Below, piece by piece: positions 22,941-34,620 of a DNA stretch of 64,000 nt. How positions within the stretch are numbered: position 1 is the first letter of the stretch; every line of letters starts with the position of its first letter. The notes beneath the pieces are model-generated. The model did no database searches. It worked only from the letters and a program-made list of their open reading frames with translations, and was not told the origin of the DNA. The DNA is from Malacoraja senta (Eukaryota), in assembly GCA_038087875.1 (NCBI GenBank), contig CM075990.1:15378001-15442000 (forward strand), given 5' to 3'. The position numbers and the translations under genes were made by a program.

Positions 22941-25140
22941 ATAGAAACAAAAAGCTGGAGTAACTCAGCGGGACAGGCAGCATCTCTGGAGAGAAGGAAT
23001 GGGTGACGTGTCGGGTCGAGACCCTTCTTCAGACTGAAAGTCCCGGGAAAGGGAAACGGGAGATATGGACGGTGAAGTAGAGAGATATAGAACAAATTAA
23101 TGAAAGTTATGCCAAAAAGTAACGCTGATAAAGGAAACAGGCCCTTGTTAGCAGTTTGTCAGGTGGAAATGAGAAACTGGTACGACTTGGGTGGGGGAGG
23201 GATAGAGAGAGAGGGAATGCTGGGATTACTTGAAGTTAGAGCAATCAATATTCATACCACTGGGCTGTCAGCTGCCCAAGCGAAATATCAGATGCTGTTC
23301 CTCCAATTTGCATTTAACCTCACTCTGATAATGGAGGAGACCTAGGACAGAAAGGTCTGTGGGAATGGGAAGGAGAATTAAAGTGTTTAGCAACCGGGAG
23401 ATCAGGTAGGTCCAGGCGGACTGTTCAGCGAAACGATCGCCCAGTCTACGTTTGGTCTCGCTGATGTATAACAGTCTGCATCTTGAACAACAAGTACAGT
23501 AGATGAGTTTGGAGGAGGTGCCAGAGAACCTCTGCCTAACCTGAAAGGACTGTCGGGGTCCCTGGACAGAGTCGAGGGAGGAGGTATAGGGACAGGTGTT
23601 GCATCTCCTGCGGCTGCAGGGGAAGGTACCTGGAGAGGGGGTGGTTTGGGTGGGAAGGGATGAGTTAACCAAGGAGTTGCGGAACATTCTCTGTGGAAAG
23701 CAGAAAGGGGTGAGAGATGGGAAGATGTGGCTAGTTGTGGGATCCCATTGGAGGTGGCAAAAATGGGATCTGGGGGTCCTTGTACATCAGTCTATGAAAG
23801 TAAGCATGCAGGTACAGCAGGCAGTGAAGAAAGCGAATGGCATGTTGGCCTTTATAACAAGAGGAATCGAATATAGGAGCAAAGAGATCCTTCTGCAGTT
23901 GTACAGAGCCCTAGAGAGACCACACCTGGAGTTTTGGTCCCCTAATTTGAGGAAGGACATTCTTGCTATTGAGGGAGTGCAGCATAGGTTTACAAGATTA
24001 ATTCCCAGGATGGCTGGACTGTCATATGCTGAGAGAATGGAGCAGCTGGACTTGTACACTCTGGAGTTTAGAAGGATGAAAGGAGATCTCATTGAAACAT
24101 ATAAGATTGTTAAGGGCTTGGACACGCTAGAGGCAGGAAACATGTTCCCGATGTTGGGGGAGACCAGAACCAGGGGCCACAGTTTAAGGATAAGGAGTAA
24201 GCCATTTAGAACGGAGACGAGGAAACGCTTTTTCTCACAGAGAGTGGTGTGTCTGTGGAATTCTCTGCCTCAGAGGGCGGTGGAGGCTGGTTCTCTGGAT
24301 GCTTTCAAGAGAGAGCTAGATAGGGCTCTAAAAAATAGCGGAGTCAGGGGATATGGGAGGAAGGCAGGAACGGGGTACTGATTGGGGATGATCAGCAATG
24401 ATCACATTGAATGGCGGCTCGAAGGGCCAAATGGCCTACTCCTGCACATATTGTCTGTTGTCTAATTGGGAGTAGGGGATTTTCCCCAATGGGCTTTTCC
24501 CATTGAGATTAGGGAAGATTCAAACAAGGGGACATGACTTGAGAATTAAGGGACAGAAGTTTAGGGGTAACATTAGGGGGAACTTCTTTACTCAGAGAGT
24601 GGTAGCTGTGTGGAAGGAGCTTCCAGTGGATGTGATAGAGGAGGTTCGATTTTATCCTTTAAAAATAGATTGGATGGGTATATGGACGGGAAAGGAATGG
24701 AGGGTTATGGTCTGAGTGCAGGTAGATGGGACTAGAGGGAAGAAAGTAGGAAGAAAAAAAAAAGTGTTCGGCACGGACTTGAAGGGCCGAGATGGCCTGT
24801 TTCCGTGCTGTAAATGGTTATATGGTTATATGGTTATATGGGATAAAGTATTTGCAAGAAGCAGGGTGGGAAGAGGTGTAGTCGAGATAGTTGTGGGAGT
24901 CAGTGGGTTCGTAATAGATGTTAGTTGTTAGTCTATCTCCTGTGATGGAGATTGTGAGATCAAGAAAGGGGAGTGAGGTGTCGGAGATGGTCCAAGTGAA
25001 TTTGAGTGCAGGATGAAAATTGGTGATGAAATTAATGAAGTCCATGAGTTCTGCATGGGTGCAGGATGTAGCACAGATGTAGTCGTCAATGTAATGGAGA
25101 TAGAGTTCGGGGATAGGGCCAGTGTATGCCTGGAACATGG
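22941..25140 (-). mobile_element. Decayed Penelope-like element interrupted by two CR1 fragments
   Basis: RT piece (YLHYIDD, FLDL) at 24840-25138 and GIY-YIG piece at 23268-23760; TSD tgctttccttaaa at 22928-22940 and 25141-25153. Confidence 0.9.
23765..24840 (+). mobile_element. Two nested CR1 LINE 3' fragments
   Basis: DLGVLVHQSMKVSMQVQQAVKKANGML...WNSLPQRAVEA; second fragment RGHDLRIKG with (TATATGGT)n tail. Confidence 0.92.
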
Positions 25141-25948
25141 TGCTTTCCTTAAACCCACAGCAGTTTTAAATATCCAGGAAGTTAATAGACATTTTATGGA
25201 CTATTCACCTACCACTTTCTTCTGCATTGGATGCAAATTTAAATAGTCCACTGTGTGTTTTCTGAAAGTAAATCTTTATTGAGAGCCTCACACATCTGTT
25301 CAGCTCAAAAGAATCAAAAGTGAGCTTTATTTCTTCATTTCAGATAGAACACCATTGCAAATATTTATACTTGTTTCATTTTAAAGGGAAAAAACGTCAT
25401 AGTTTTCGTGCCTAAGGTTTACAATACAATTAACAGCTTGGCTATAAATTCAGTAATGCTTTTAAACCATTCCTTCTGCCAAACACCTCTTAAATAGCTA
25501 ATAAAAGTGAGACACTAACAGGACTTGTTCTCCAACTACACCATCCACTTGAAGTCAATAAATGTCCAATTTTTTCCTCCACTTTAATCCCCACCACTGT
25601 CCATAGATCCATCCTCGAATTTCAAAGGTTATGAATAAATGCAACTCTTCATTAAATGTTTCATAGTCATACAGCACAGAACAAGGTGCTTCAGCCAAAC
25701 TCATCCATGTTGAATGTAAAACCCCAATGCCCATGTTTGGCCTACATCCCTCATCTAGTTTTTATTTTTTATTTTATCGATAAAAACAATTACATAGAAC
25801 TTAATTTTCAGCACTACACATAGTGATGGTGTAACATTATTATAAATTAATCTAATGTTTGGTTATTACAGGTTAATCTTATATAGGAAGCAAGTTTATC
25901 TAAATCTATAAAATGGAACGTAATGACAACAAACTGCAAATGCTAGTT

Positions 25949-26138
25949 AGACCAAAGTGCTGGAGAAACTCAGCGGGTGCGGCAGCATCTTTGGAGTGAA
26001 GGTAATAGGCAACGTTTCGGGCCGAAACCCTTCTTCAGGCCCGCAAAAGTTGCCTATTTCCTTCGCTCCAATAGATGCTGCCGCACCCGCTGAGATTCTC
26101 CAGCACTTTGATTTTCCAGCATCTGCAGTTCCTTCTTG
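25949..26138. mobile_element. Palindromic Penelope pLTR unit with TSD
   Basis: About 65-bp inverted arms with an intact minus-strand hammerhead core (26011-26038); flanking repeat aactgcaaatgctagtt at 25932-25948 and 26139-26155. Confidence 0.85.
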
Positions 26139-26361
26139 AACTGCAAATGCTAGTTTTTAGTTTAAAGACACAAAGTGCTGGAGTAACCCAGCGGGTCAGG
26201 CAGCATCTGTCGAGAGCATGGATAGGTAATGTTTCGGGTTGGGACCCTTCATATAAAGGAATAGGCTTCCAACTTTTGAGGCATTGCAGCATTTTTTTTA
26301 AATTAGCGTGGATTACTATCTGTGGGGGCATTGTATGAGGAGCACTGGGTAAACACCGATG

Positions 26362-26490
26362 TCTTCTTCTTGCGTATGGCATGCACAGCATAAAGTTGTA
26401 GGTCAACATTGTTCTATTTGATCTATTTGTTTGTGCACGTCGGGTTGAAACAGGGTGGACCATGTGAAGGTTGCAATCTCCCACCCCAAA
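26362..26490 (-). mobile_element. Short retroposon 3' tail ending in (GAA)n; related copies at about 33306-33350 and 43250-43390
   Basis: Shared cttcttctt...tatggc.tgc.cagc.taaagttgtag block in three places. Confidence 0.6.
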
Positions 26491-27035
26491 AACTGATACG
26501 ACAGACAAAGCATCAGAGTTCCACCTTATTAAACACACTGAAGCAGATGTGTTAGGAGCAGGATGACGTTTTGGGTCGAGACCCTTCTTCTCGACCGAAA
26601 CATCACCCATTCCTTCTCTCCAGGGATTCTGCCTGACCTGCTGGGTTACTCCAGCATTTTGTGTCTACCTTCGATTTAAAACCAGCATCTGCAGTTCTTT
26701 CCTACGCATGTTAGGAGCAGGAGTTGTCCTTATGGCCTTTCGAGCTGCTCTGCCGTTTAGAACAACCATAGCTGATCCCTTGTTTCAACACAAAATTCTT
26801 GTTCTCACCTTGCACCCCCATGAAGCCTTCAGTAAGAAGAAATCTGCCCATCTCTTTCTCATTTGTTCGCAGTGACATGGCCTCCACCCTGCTCTGTGGT
26901 TGAGAATTCCACAGGCTTACCTCCAAAGCATAAATAAATCACTCTCCTCATCTCCAGTTCAAGTGTCCTGTCCTTTATCCTGAGACAATGACCTGTGGTT
27001 TTAGATCCCCTCACATGGGAAGGTGTTCACCCTAC

Positions 27036-27355
27036 ATCATCATGGCTATCCCTCGAGGTCAAGGATGATGGTCTACGTTCTGTTGTTTTTATGGACTCTC
27101 AGGTGGCTTATGTGTCCAATCCTGGCTTTGAAAGTTCTTCGACATTCAGGACAGGTAATTCCAGATGGCAGATCGGGCTTTGGTTGTTGCTGCTTCTCTT
27201 TCCGTTTTCTTCTCTTTTCTTCTAATTCTGCGCATCTCTTGGCTTCGAAGGTCGCTGCTCCTTCTTGGATGATGGATCGCCACAGTTTCCTGTCCTTGGC
27301 ATTGGTTTCCCCAATTGTTGATGTCGATTTCACATTTCTTCACGCTGGCTTAACC
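27036..27355 (-). mobile_element. RTE-clade LINE 3' fragment nested in a CR1 remnant
   Basis: WETNAKDRKLWR...RRKRK...CPECRRTFKARIGHISHLRVH (C-terminal C2H2), short UTR, (TGA)n tail. Confidence 0.85.
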
Positions 27356-27779
27356 ACCTCGTTCGTCAAACCGATTTAGAATTTTGTTTGTATCAATTGG
27401 ATCTCCACTCATTCTTCAGAGCACGAGTGAATGCATGTCTTGCCAAACCGATTTCTTCTCATATCACACTGTCCCACGGTCCCTGTGTTTTTGCCTGGTG
27501 AACCTTCACTGCACTTCCTTTAAGGTAAATATATCCTTTCTTAGGTAAGGAACCAAAATAGCATGCAGTACTCCACCAAACCCACTTCAAAGCCCTATGT
27601 AATTGCTATGACTGAAACTGTTTAATAAGGTAATGAAAAAGGAGTCCAAAGTTTCAGTGCAATATAAATACTGAGCATCATTGAGCACTTAACTGAAGGA
27701 GATGTGGTGAGCATTTGATTGGGTACGCTCCTAAATTTAGAAGCAAACAAATTCAAAACAGGTCAAAAATGGGTTTTAA

Positions 27780-28175
27780 TAGATTTAATATTGCAATGTG
27801 TACTGAGATACAGTGAAAAGTTCTGTTTTGCCTATTATCAAAGCATACATGAGTATAACAGGTAGCGCCAAAAGAGACAATAAATAACCAGAGTGCAGAA
27901 TATAGATTTATATCTACAGAGAAAGTGCAAATAAAATAAAATACGAGCCGCAATGAGGTAGATTGGGAGATTGAGAATACATCCATAGTTTATGAGAAAC
28001 TTCTTCATGATTCTGATAACAGCATGGAAGATTCTATTCTTGAATCTGGTGTCACGTGCTTTCAAGCCTGTGTATCTTCTGCCTCTTGAGAGAGGGCGGA
28101 AGAGGGGATGGTTGCAGTGTGAGTGGTCCATGTTGGTTGCTTTCCCAAGGTGGTGTGAACTGTAGGTGCCAGTGG
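27780..28175 (-). mobile_element. Rex1/Babar LINE 3' fragment, degenerate
   Basis: DHSHCNHPLFRPLSRGRRY...TRFKN; tail tttcactgtatc. Confidence 0.7.
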
Positions 28176-28519
28176 TGTTCTGCATGAGTCCGTGATGGGT
28201 CCACTACTTTTCACGTTATATGTTAATGATCTCGAAGATGGAATCGATGGCCAAGTTTGTGGATGATGCAAAGATAGGTGGAGGGGCAGGTAGTGTTGAG
28301 GAAGCGGGAGGTGTGCAGAAGGACATGAACAGGTTGGGAAAGTGGGCATAGAAGTGGCAAATTCAATACAACATTGCAAAGTGTACTGCCACACAATTTG
28401 GTGGAAGGAATAAAGGCATGGACTATTTTCTAAATGGGGAGGGGATTCAGAAATTGGAGGTACAAAGGGACTTAGGGGTGTAGGATTCTCAAACGGTTAA
28501 TTTGCAGGTTGAGGCAAAC

Positions 28520-28670
28520 ATTTTATCGTTAATGTTTTATTATTATTAATGTTTAGTGTTTTCTGAGTCATTCGTAACTGTCACTGTATGTCATGTTGTT
28601 ACTTGTGGGCGGAGCACCAAGGCAAATTCCTTGTATGTGAATACTTGGCCAATAAACTTACTTACTTACG
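28520..28670 (+). mobile_element. Young Rex1-like 3' UTR fragment with (ACTT)n tail
   Basis: Near-identical inverted copy at 51529-51678. Confidence 0.7.
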
Positions 28671-29012
28671 CAATATTAGCCTTTGTTTCAAAAGGACGAG
28701 AATGTAAAATCAAGGATGTCATGCTGAGGCTTTATACAATGCTGGTCAGGCCACATTTGGACTATCATGTGCAATTTTGGACCCCATATCAGAGGAAGGA
28801 TATCCTCATCCTTCTGTACTGCCGTTGGAGAAGGTCCAGAGAAGGTTCACAAGAACGACTGAGTTAACGTATGATGAGCATTTAATGGTTCTGGGCCTGT
28901 ACTCGTTTTAAGCCTAGAAGAAGTTGAAACCTTCAAGGCCTTTGAAGGCTCATTGAAGGCCTGGATAGTGGATGTGGAGCGAATGTTTACCTAGTGGGAG
29001 AGTCTAGGTCCA

Positions 29013-29851
29013 CCGTGGGTGGCGCGACTTGGTTGCAGCGGCCTCTGCAGTCCGTCTGTCTTTTTTATTTTTTTTGTTTCGTTTGAGTTTTGTTTTTAGT
29101 GTTTTTTTTAACTGGGTATGTGTGGGGGGCGGGGGGTAGGGAGGGGGAAACTTTTAAAATCTTTTCCCTGCACGGGAGAACCAACCTTTCTCTGTCGGGT
29201 CTCCGTTGTCGTTGGGGCCTAGCACCGTGGAGCGGCCTCCAACCGGAACGACCTGGGGCTCCAGTCGCGGAGCCTGCGGACTATTCACCATCGTGGAGCT
29301 GGCCGACTTCGGAGCGGGAGGAGCTGTGGTGGCGCGCGGCTGCGACCTGACCCCGGAGATTCGGAGGCTTCAGCCGCGGGACTGGTGGACGGTAACATCG
29401 GGAGCCCGCGGGTCCATGGTGGGAGACCGCTTTTCGGAGCTCCCGCAACGGCAGCTAGTCCCGCCCGAGTTGCGGGGTTGAAGATGACCTGGAGCGGGGT
29501 CTGGCATCGCCCGGTGCGGCATTGGTGGCCGTGAGACTTGCTGGCGCTACCGGGGGCTACAACATCAAGACCCGGAGCGGGGTCTGGCATCGCCCGGCGC
29601 GGCTTTGGTGGCCGCGGGATATGTTTACAGTCGCCCGCCGGGGGCTTTGACTCTGACATCGGGAGGAGAATGGAGTGCAGGGGAGAGATAAGACTTTGCC
29701 TTCCATCACAGTGAGGAGGAGACTCACTGTGATGGATGTTTGTGTAAATTGTGTTGTGTCTTTTTTACTTGTTTGTATGACTGCAGAAACAGAATTTAGT
29801 TTGAACTTAGGTTCAAACGACAACAAATAAATATCTAAATCTAAATCTAAA
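29013..29851 (+). mobile_element. About 840-bp CpG-rich non-coding retroposon
   Basis: TSD tctaggtcca at 29003-29012 and 29852-29861; AATAAA + (ATCTAA)n tail; internal direct duplication; perfect 14-bp hairpin. Confidence 0.75.
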
Positions 29852-31266
29852 TCTAGGTCCAGAGGACACGGCCTCAGGATAAAAGGGTGTACTTTTAGAA
29901 TGGAGATTAGATTATTTATCCAGAAGGTGGTGAATCTGTGGAATTCATTGCCACAGATAGCTGTGGAGGCCAAGTCATTGAATATTTCTGAAGTGGAGAT
30001 TGATAGGTTCTTAATTAGTAAGGGTGATTAAGATTATGGGGAGAAATCAGGCGAATGGCTTTGAGATGGACAAATAGATCAGTCATGATCAAATGGCACA
30101 GCGAGACTCAATGGTACAAATGGCCTAATTCTGCTCCTTTCTTATGGTCTTACATAGATACATAGATACATAGAAAGTAGGTGCAGGAGTAGGCCATTCG
30201 GCCCTTCGAGCCCGCACCGCCATTCAATATGATCATGGCTGATCATCCAACTCAGTATCCCATACCTGCCTTCTCTCCATACCCCCTGATCCCTTTAGCC
30301 ACAAGGGCCACATTTCTATATTTGGTGGTCTATAATATCGATGCCCAAGAAGAGTAAGATACATTGACCAGTGGCATTAACCTCCGTGGTGACGAAATGC
30401 TGAGTGCGTTGAGAGGTTGGTAATGCCACATGTCAACTCCTACCTCGGCAAGAACCCAGCGCACTACAATTTACTGCCTGCCATGTTAAATCAACAGGGC
30501 ATCATCTGACAATAAGAACATGTATGTTGCTGATGCTGCCTGTCCCACTGAGTTACTCCAGCTTTTTGTGTCTATCTTCGGTTTAAACCAGCTTCTGCAG
30601 TTCCTTCCTACACAATAAGAACATGTACATCAGGTTGTTGTCATCAACATATGCTTGGCATTCAACACCATCATCCCCTCGCAACTTGTTATCCAGCTCA
30701 GGGAACTGAGTCTCTGCACATCCCTGTGCAACTGGATCCTCAACTTCCTCATCAACAGTCGACGATCAGCACAAATTGGCAGCAACACTTCCTGCTCAGC
30801 AGCCATCAGTACAGGAGTTTCTCAGGACCATGTGCTCAGTCCCCTCATTGGTCAGTTTTGGGACACATATGACAATAAGACACTCTTAAATCTCTTGACT
30901 CTAAGTGAATGGATGGCGGAAGTAGACAAGCGGTCAATGGTCCAAGCCAGGGAGAGCTGGCCACATATAATCAACTCGGACAACATCCCATTGAATCTTC
31001 TCTGCACTCTCTCCAGCAAAGAGTGAACATTGTCTCGTCGAGTCAGGATGTTTAATTGTCAAATAGATTGACAATGGAACAATACTGTTCTTACTTGCTG
31101 CAGCTTAACAGGATTATTAATGCAATAACACACACGTAACTATGCAATAATCAATAATACAATAGCTGCAATACTAAGTAACCATAATACTGCTAAATCA
31201 AAGTCCGTAATGCAACTAAAGGCACAATCCATAGAAGATCATTGTTACTAAGGTTCATGTTACTAA

Positions 31267-31511
31267 AGGGCCTGTCCCACTTGGGCGTCATTTCCCCGTC
31301 ATTTACGTGACATTATTTACGCGTCACGACGCACGACTTGCACATCGTGACGCGCGCATGGCGTGCATTACGCGCGCATGCCGCATGGTGAGTCGTGGTT
31401 ACGTAGGCAGTGACGCGCGGTCGCGTGTGGCGCCCCAGGATTTGGGGATTCACAAAATCTTCGCGCGCCACCTGCGTGACGCTCAAATGACGCGCAAGTG
31501 GGACAGAGCCT
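31267..31511. mobile_element. PIF/Harbinger-type MITE (CpG-rich subfamily)
   Basis: TIR agggcctgtcccacttg / caagtgggacagagcct; flanks TAA/TAT. Confidence 0.8.
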
Positions 31512-31589
31512 TATGGTTCCTGGGGTGAGGCCTTGACAAGATTTGAAAACAAGGTTGAGAATCTGCTTAGCCAGGTTAACCAACCTGAG

Positions 31590-31722
31590 ATGACACAAAA
31601 TGCTGGAGTAACTCAGCGGGTCAGGCAGCATCTCTGGAGAAAAGGAATGGGTGATGTTTCAGATTGAGACCCTTCTTCAGATTGAGAGTCAGGGGGAGAG
31701 AGAAACTAGAGATATGAACTGG
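31590..31722 (-). mobile_element. Solo Penelope pLTR unit with TSD
   Basis: Direct repeat aaccaacctgag on both sides. Confidence 0.75.
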
Positions 31723-32919
31723 AAACCAACCTGAGGTTAGGTTAGGTAGAAACATGGGTGAATGGGATTTTGGCACAGCCAGCAAAGTTTTGAATGGATC
31801 AGCTGAGGGTAACTATCTTTCACAAACAGTGTCTGCATACTCGAATTACCCGATACCTTGCAATCAAGTTTGGTGAAGCTATTAGGTAGATTTCACATTA
31901 CATATCGGAGGCAGTAAAGTTTGATATTTAGACACCCAAGCAAGTGTTCTGACTCGGGTTATCAGCTTGCAGATAATTATATGAAAAGAATCGAATCACC
32001 CACTGTTGTCTGTGCAGATGTCTCTAACGCACTATAAGAGTTGCTGATCTTTTTTGTGTATTTTTGGTACTGATTATGTCTCAGTAGGAGTGGGAGAAAT
32101 CCGCTCCACAAACTGTTGTGACAGCCTTGAGAAATGAAGTGGTTGTTGGAGACAGGACCAAATATGAGAGAATTCATTGGAACTGCATTGCGGTCTTCTC
32201 TGATTATGATCAGTCCTGCTGCAAGTTAAAAACATTCTCCAAATATAGCCCCCAAGCTGATGCAATAACAGCATTATATATTTTTTTCACCTCTGAACAC
32301 ATGGGCCTTCAAAGGCACCACAGCTAACACCTTTGAAAATTGCATAGCCGCTTGGCAACAATTCATATTAAAAAAGTCGACTTGCTTTCATATTTTTAAG
32401 GCTGGAACATGTCAAGAATAACCTAAAAGTGTCATATTTAAAACTCTGAGCCAAAACTTTCTTTGTGGTAAACTAAAGTAATGGGCAATGGTTTTTTGAT
32501 TGATCACCTGTTTACCTGGAAGCGTCAGTATCTCACCACCCTCAGCGCTCTGATGTGGTCTATGGTTTGTAACACCTGAGTTGCAAAGCTCAGTTTCAAC
32601 ACTTTTTTTTTGCCTGTTTCTGAGTTTTGGCAAGTCCCGACTCCGAGGCAGGTCTCATCACATCACTGAAGCTCACACCACTGAACATGAGAGAACTCTG
32701 CCAGGAATATATATATGCTCTGATGTAGCACTTTAATTGCTTCTGTCCCTTAACTCTCAGCAAATGCAAGAGGCTCTGAATTTGACAGACACGCTGAATG
32801 TAATACTGCCACCCATTCTGCCTTATTATCTGATACTATAATTGCTTCAAAGAACATACCCTATAATTTCATAATTTTGTTCTTCTGATCTGTGACAAAG
32901 GAATGTAAGTGGCCAGGAT

Positions 32920-33205
32920 TAGTTTAGTTTAGAGATACAGCGTGGAAACAGGCCCTTCATCCCACCAAGTCTACGCCGACCATTGATCACCTGCACACTA
33001 GATCCATGTTATCCCACTTTGGCATTCTACACACTAGGGGCAATTTACAGAGGCCAATTAACTTACAAGCCTGCATGTCTTTGGAATTTAGGAGGGAATC
33101 TGAGAAAACCCACGTGGTCACAATCACCACAGAGACAGCACCGGTAGTTAGGATCGAAACTGGGTCTCTGATGCTGTGGGGCAGCAACTCAACAGCTGTG
33201 CCACC
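32920..33205 (-). mobile_element. HE1-type V-SINE
   Basis: (TTTAG)n tail, aggatcgaa B-box complement, V domain. Confidence 0.85.
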
Positions 33206-33784
33206 TTAAGCAGGATACTTGCCTTTTTGTTTTGCACTCTGACCGTGTTGTGAGTACTTTATGATGGAGAAGGATTTGCAATGAAGGTGCAGCAATTTGA
33301 AATATTCTTCTTCTTCTTGTGTATGGCGTGCGCAGCCTAAAGTTGTAGATCAAGGGTAGACATCCAGGCCAGGACAGCATCAGTTACTGGGTGGATGGCT
33401 TTGATGCCACCAGGGAAAAGCCTCAGTGGGCAGTCATTCACGATGTGTGGGATGGCCTGGTCTGGTCTGGATGTCCGCAGTCGCAAGCAGGGCTGTCTGT
33501 CATCCCATCTGTAATATGCTAAGGCATCACAACTTTAGAAGTGGAACCACTAGTCAAACTGTATCCCCCTTCCATTCTTCATTGAGCCATCCGCGAGATC
33601 TCTCTGGACTGCCATCTTCAATGGTTGGACTTCTTTGTCGAGTTAATAATTGCGACTTGAAGCAAAATCTAGAAGAGCATGTCTACACTTAACTGTAAAT
33701 TTGGCCATTACGTTTATCAGAACTATCAATGAATTAGTCCAGGCCTTGGCTTCTGAGGATTTGACCTGAAGTCATTAGAGTCAA

Positions 33785-34620
33785 ACATAGAAACATAGAA
33801 ACATAGAAAGTAGGTGCGAGAGTAGACCACCAGGCCCATCGAGCCCGCACCGCCATTCGCTCATGGCTGAACACTAAACAGACACCCTTACCCACAAACA
33901 GTAGACACAAGACACAGAACACAAGACACTACCCTCCCCTTTATATCGCTATCACCCCTCTCCACCCCAAGAACCGCGTGATCTCCTGGGGGAGGCAAAA
34001 AAACGGATAAAAACCCAGGTCCAATTCGGGAAAAAAATCCGGGAAATTCCTCTCCGACCCCAATCCAGGCGATCGACACTTGTCCAGGAGATCACTCAGG
34101 TCTTACTATACTAACCATACCTAGGTCCATATCCCTGCCCTCTCCCCGTAGCCCCTTATCCCCTTGGCAGCTAAAAACCATCTATTTTAGACTTAAATAT
34201 ATTTAATGTTTCTGCTTCCACAAAGACTTGTACAACACAGAAATTGGTCCTTTGGCCCACAATGTCCATGTTGACCTTTTTGACCATCTACACAAATCTA
34301 CCCTGAAATAGGGCCACATTTTTGTATGCCTTTTCTATTTAATTCTCTATCTAAATGCCTTTTAAATGTAGCAATTGTTGCACTTCCATTGGTGTTCGCA
34401 TTGCTAATATCAAACCGCTCTCTGGAGAAGAAAAAACTCAAACATCCCTTTAAATCTCATCTCACATCTTAAACATTTGCCCTTTTGTGTTTTGATACCT
34501 CTGTCATGGAAAAATGTTTTTGACTATGTAGCCTAACCATGCTTCTCATGATCTTACATTCTAACGGGTTGTTCCTCAGCCTTCTATTAATCTCTCTCCA
34601 CAAATACATAAACTCCTCAA
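33785..34620 (-). mobile_element. CR1 LINE 3' ends (two subfamilies)
   Basis: (CATAGAAA)n tail, gcaccgccattc UTR, then an older CR1 remnant. Confidence 0.7.

Larger units (their letters stand above)
28175..30150 (+). mobile_element. Decayed CR1 LINE carrying two nested insertions
   Basis: GPLLFTLYVNDL, decayed FADD-like motif (tttgtggatgat), LYTMLVRPHLDY..QFW, WNSLPQ; interrupted at about 28520-28670 and 29013-29851. Confidence 0.85.

Noticed and set aside
23596..24381. 261-aa ORF as a novel fusion gene
   Set aside because: Chance in-frame join of antisense Penelope sequence with a nested CR1 ORF2 fragment.
29013..29060. HDV-like ribozyme at the retroposon 5' end
   Set aside because: Only a simple hairpin could be drawn; no nested double pseudoknot was found.
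31977..32327. Overlapping ORFs on both strands with plausible splice sites
   Set aside because: Strand and frame are ambiguous, donors are weak, and no homology was recognised.
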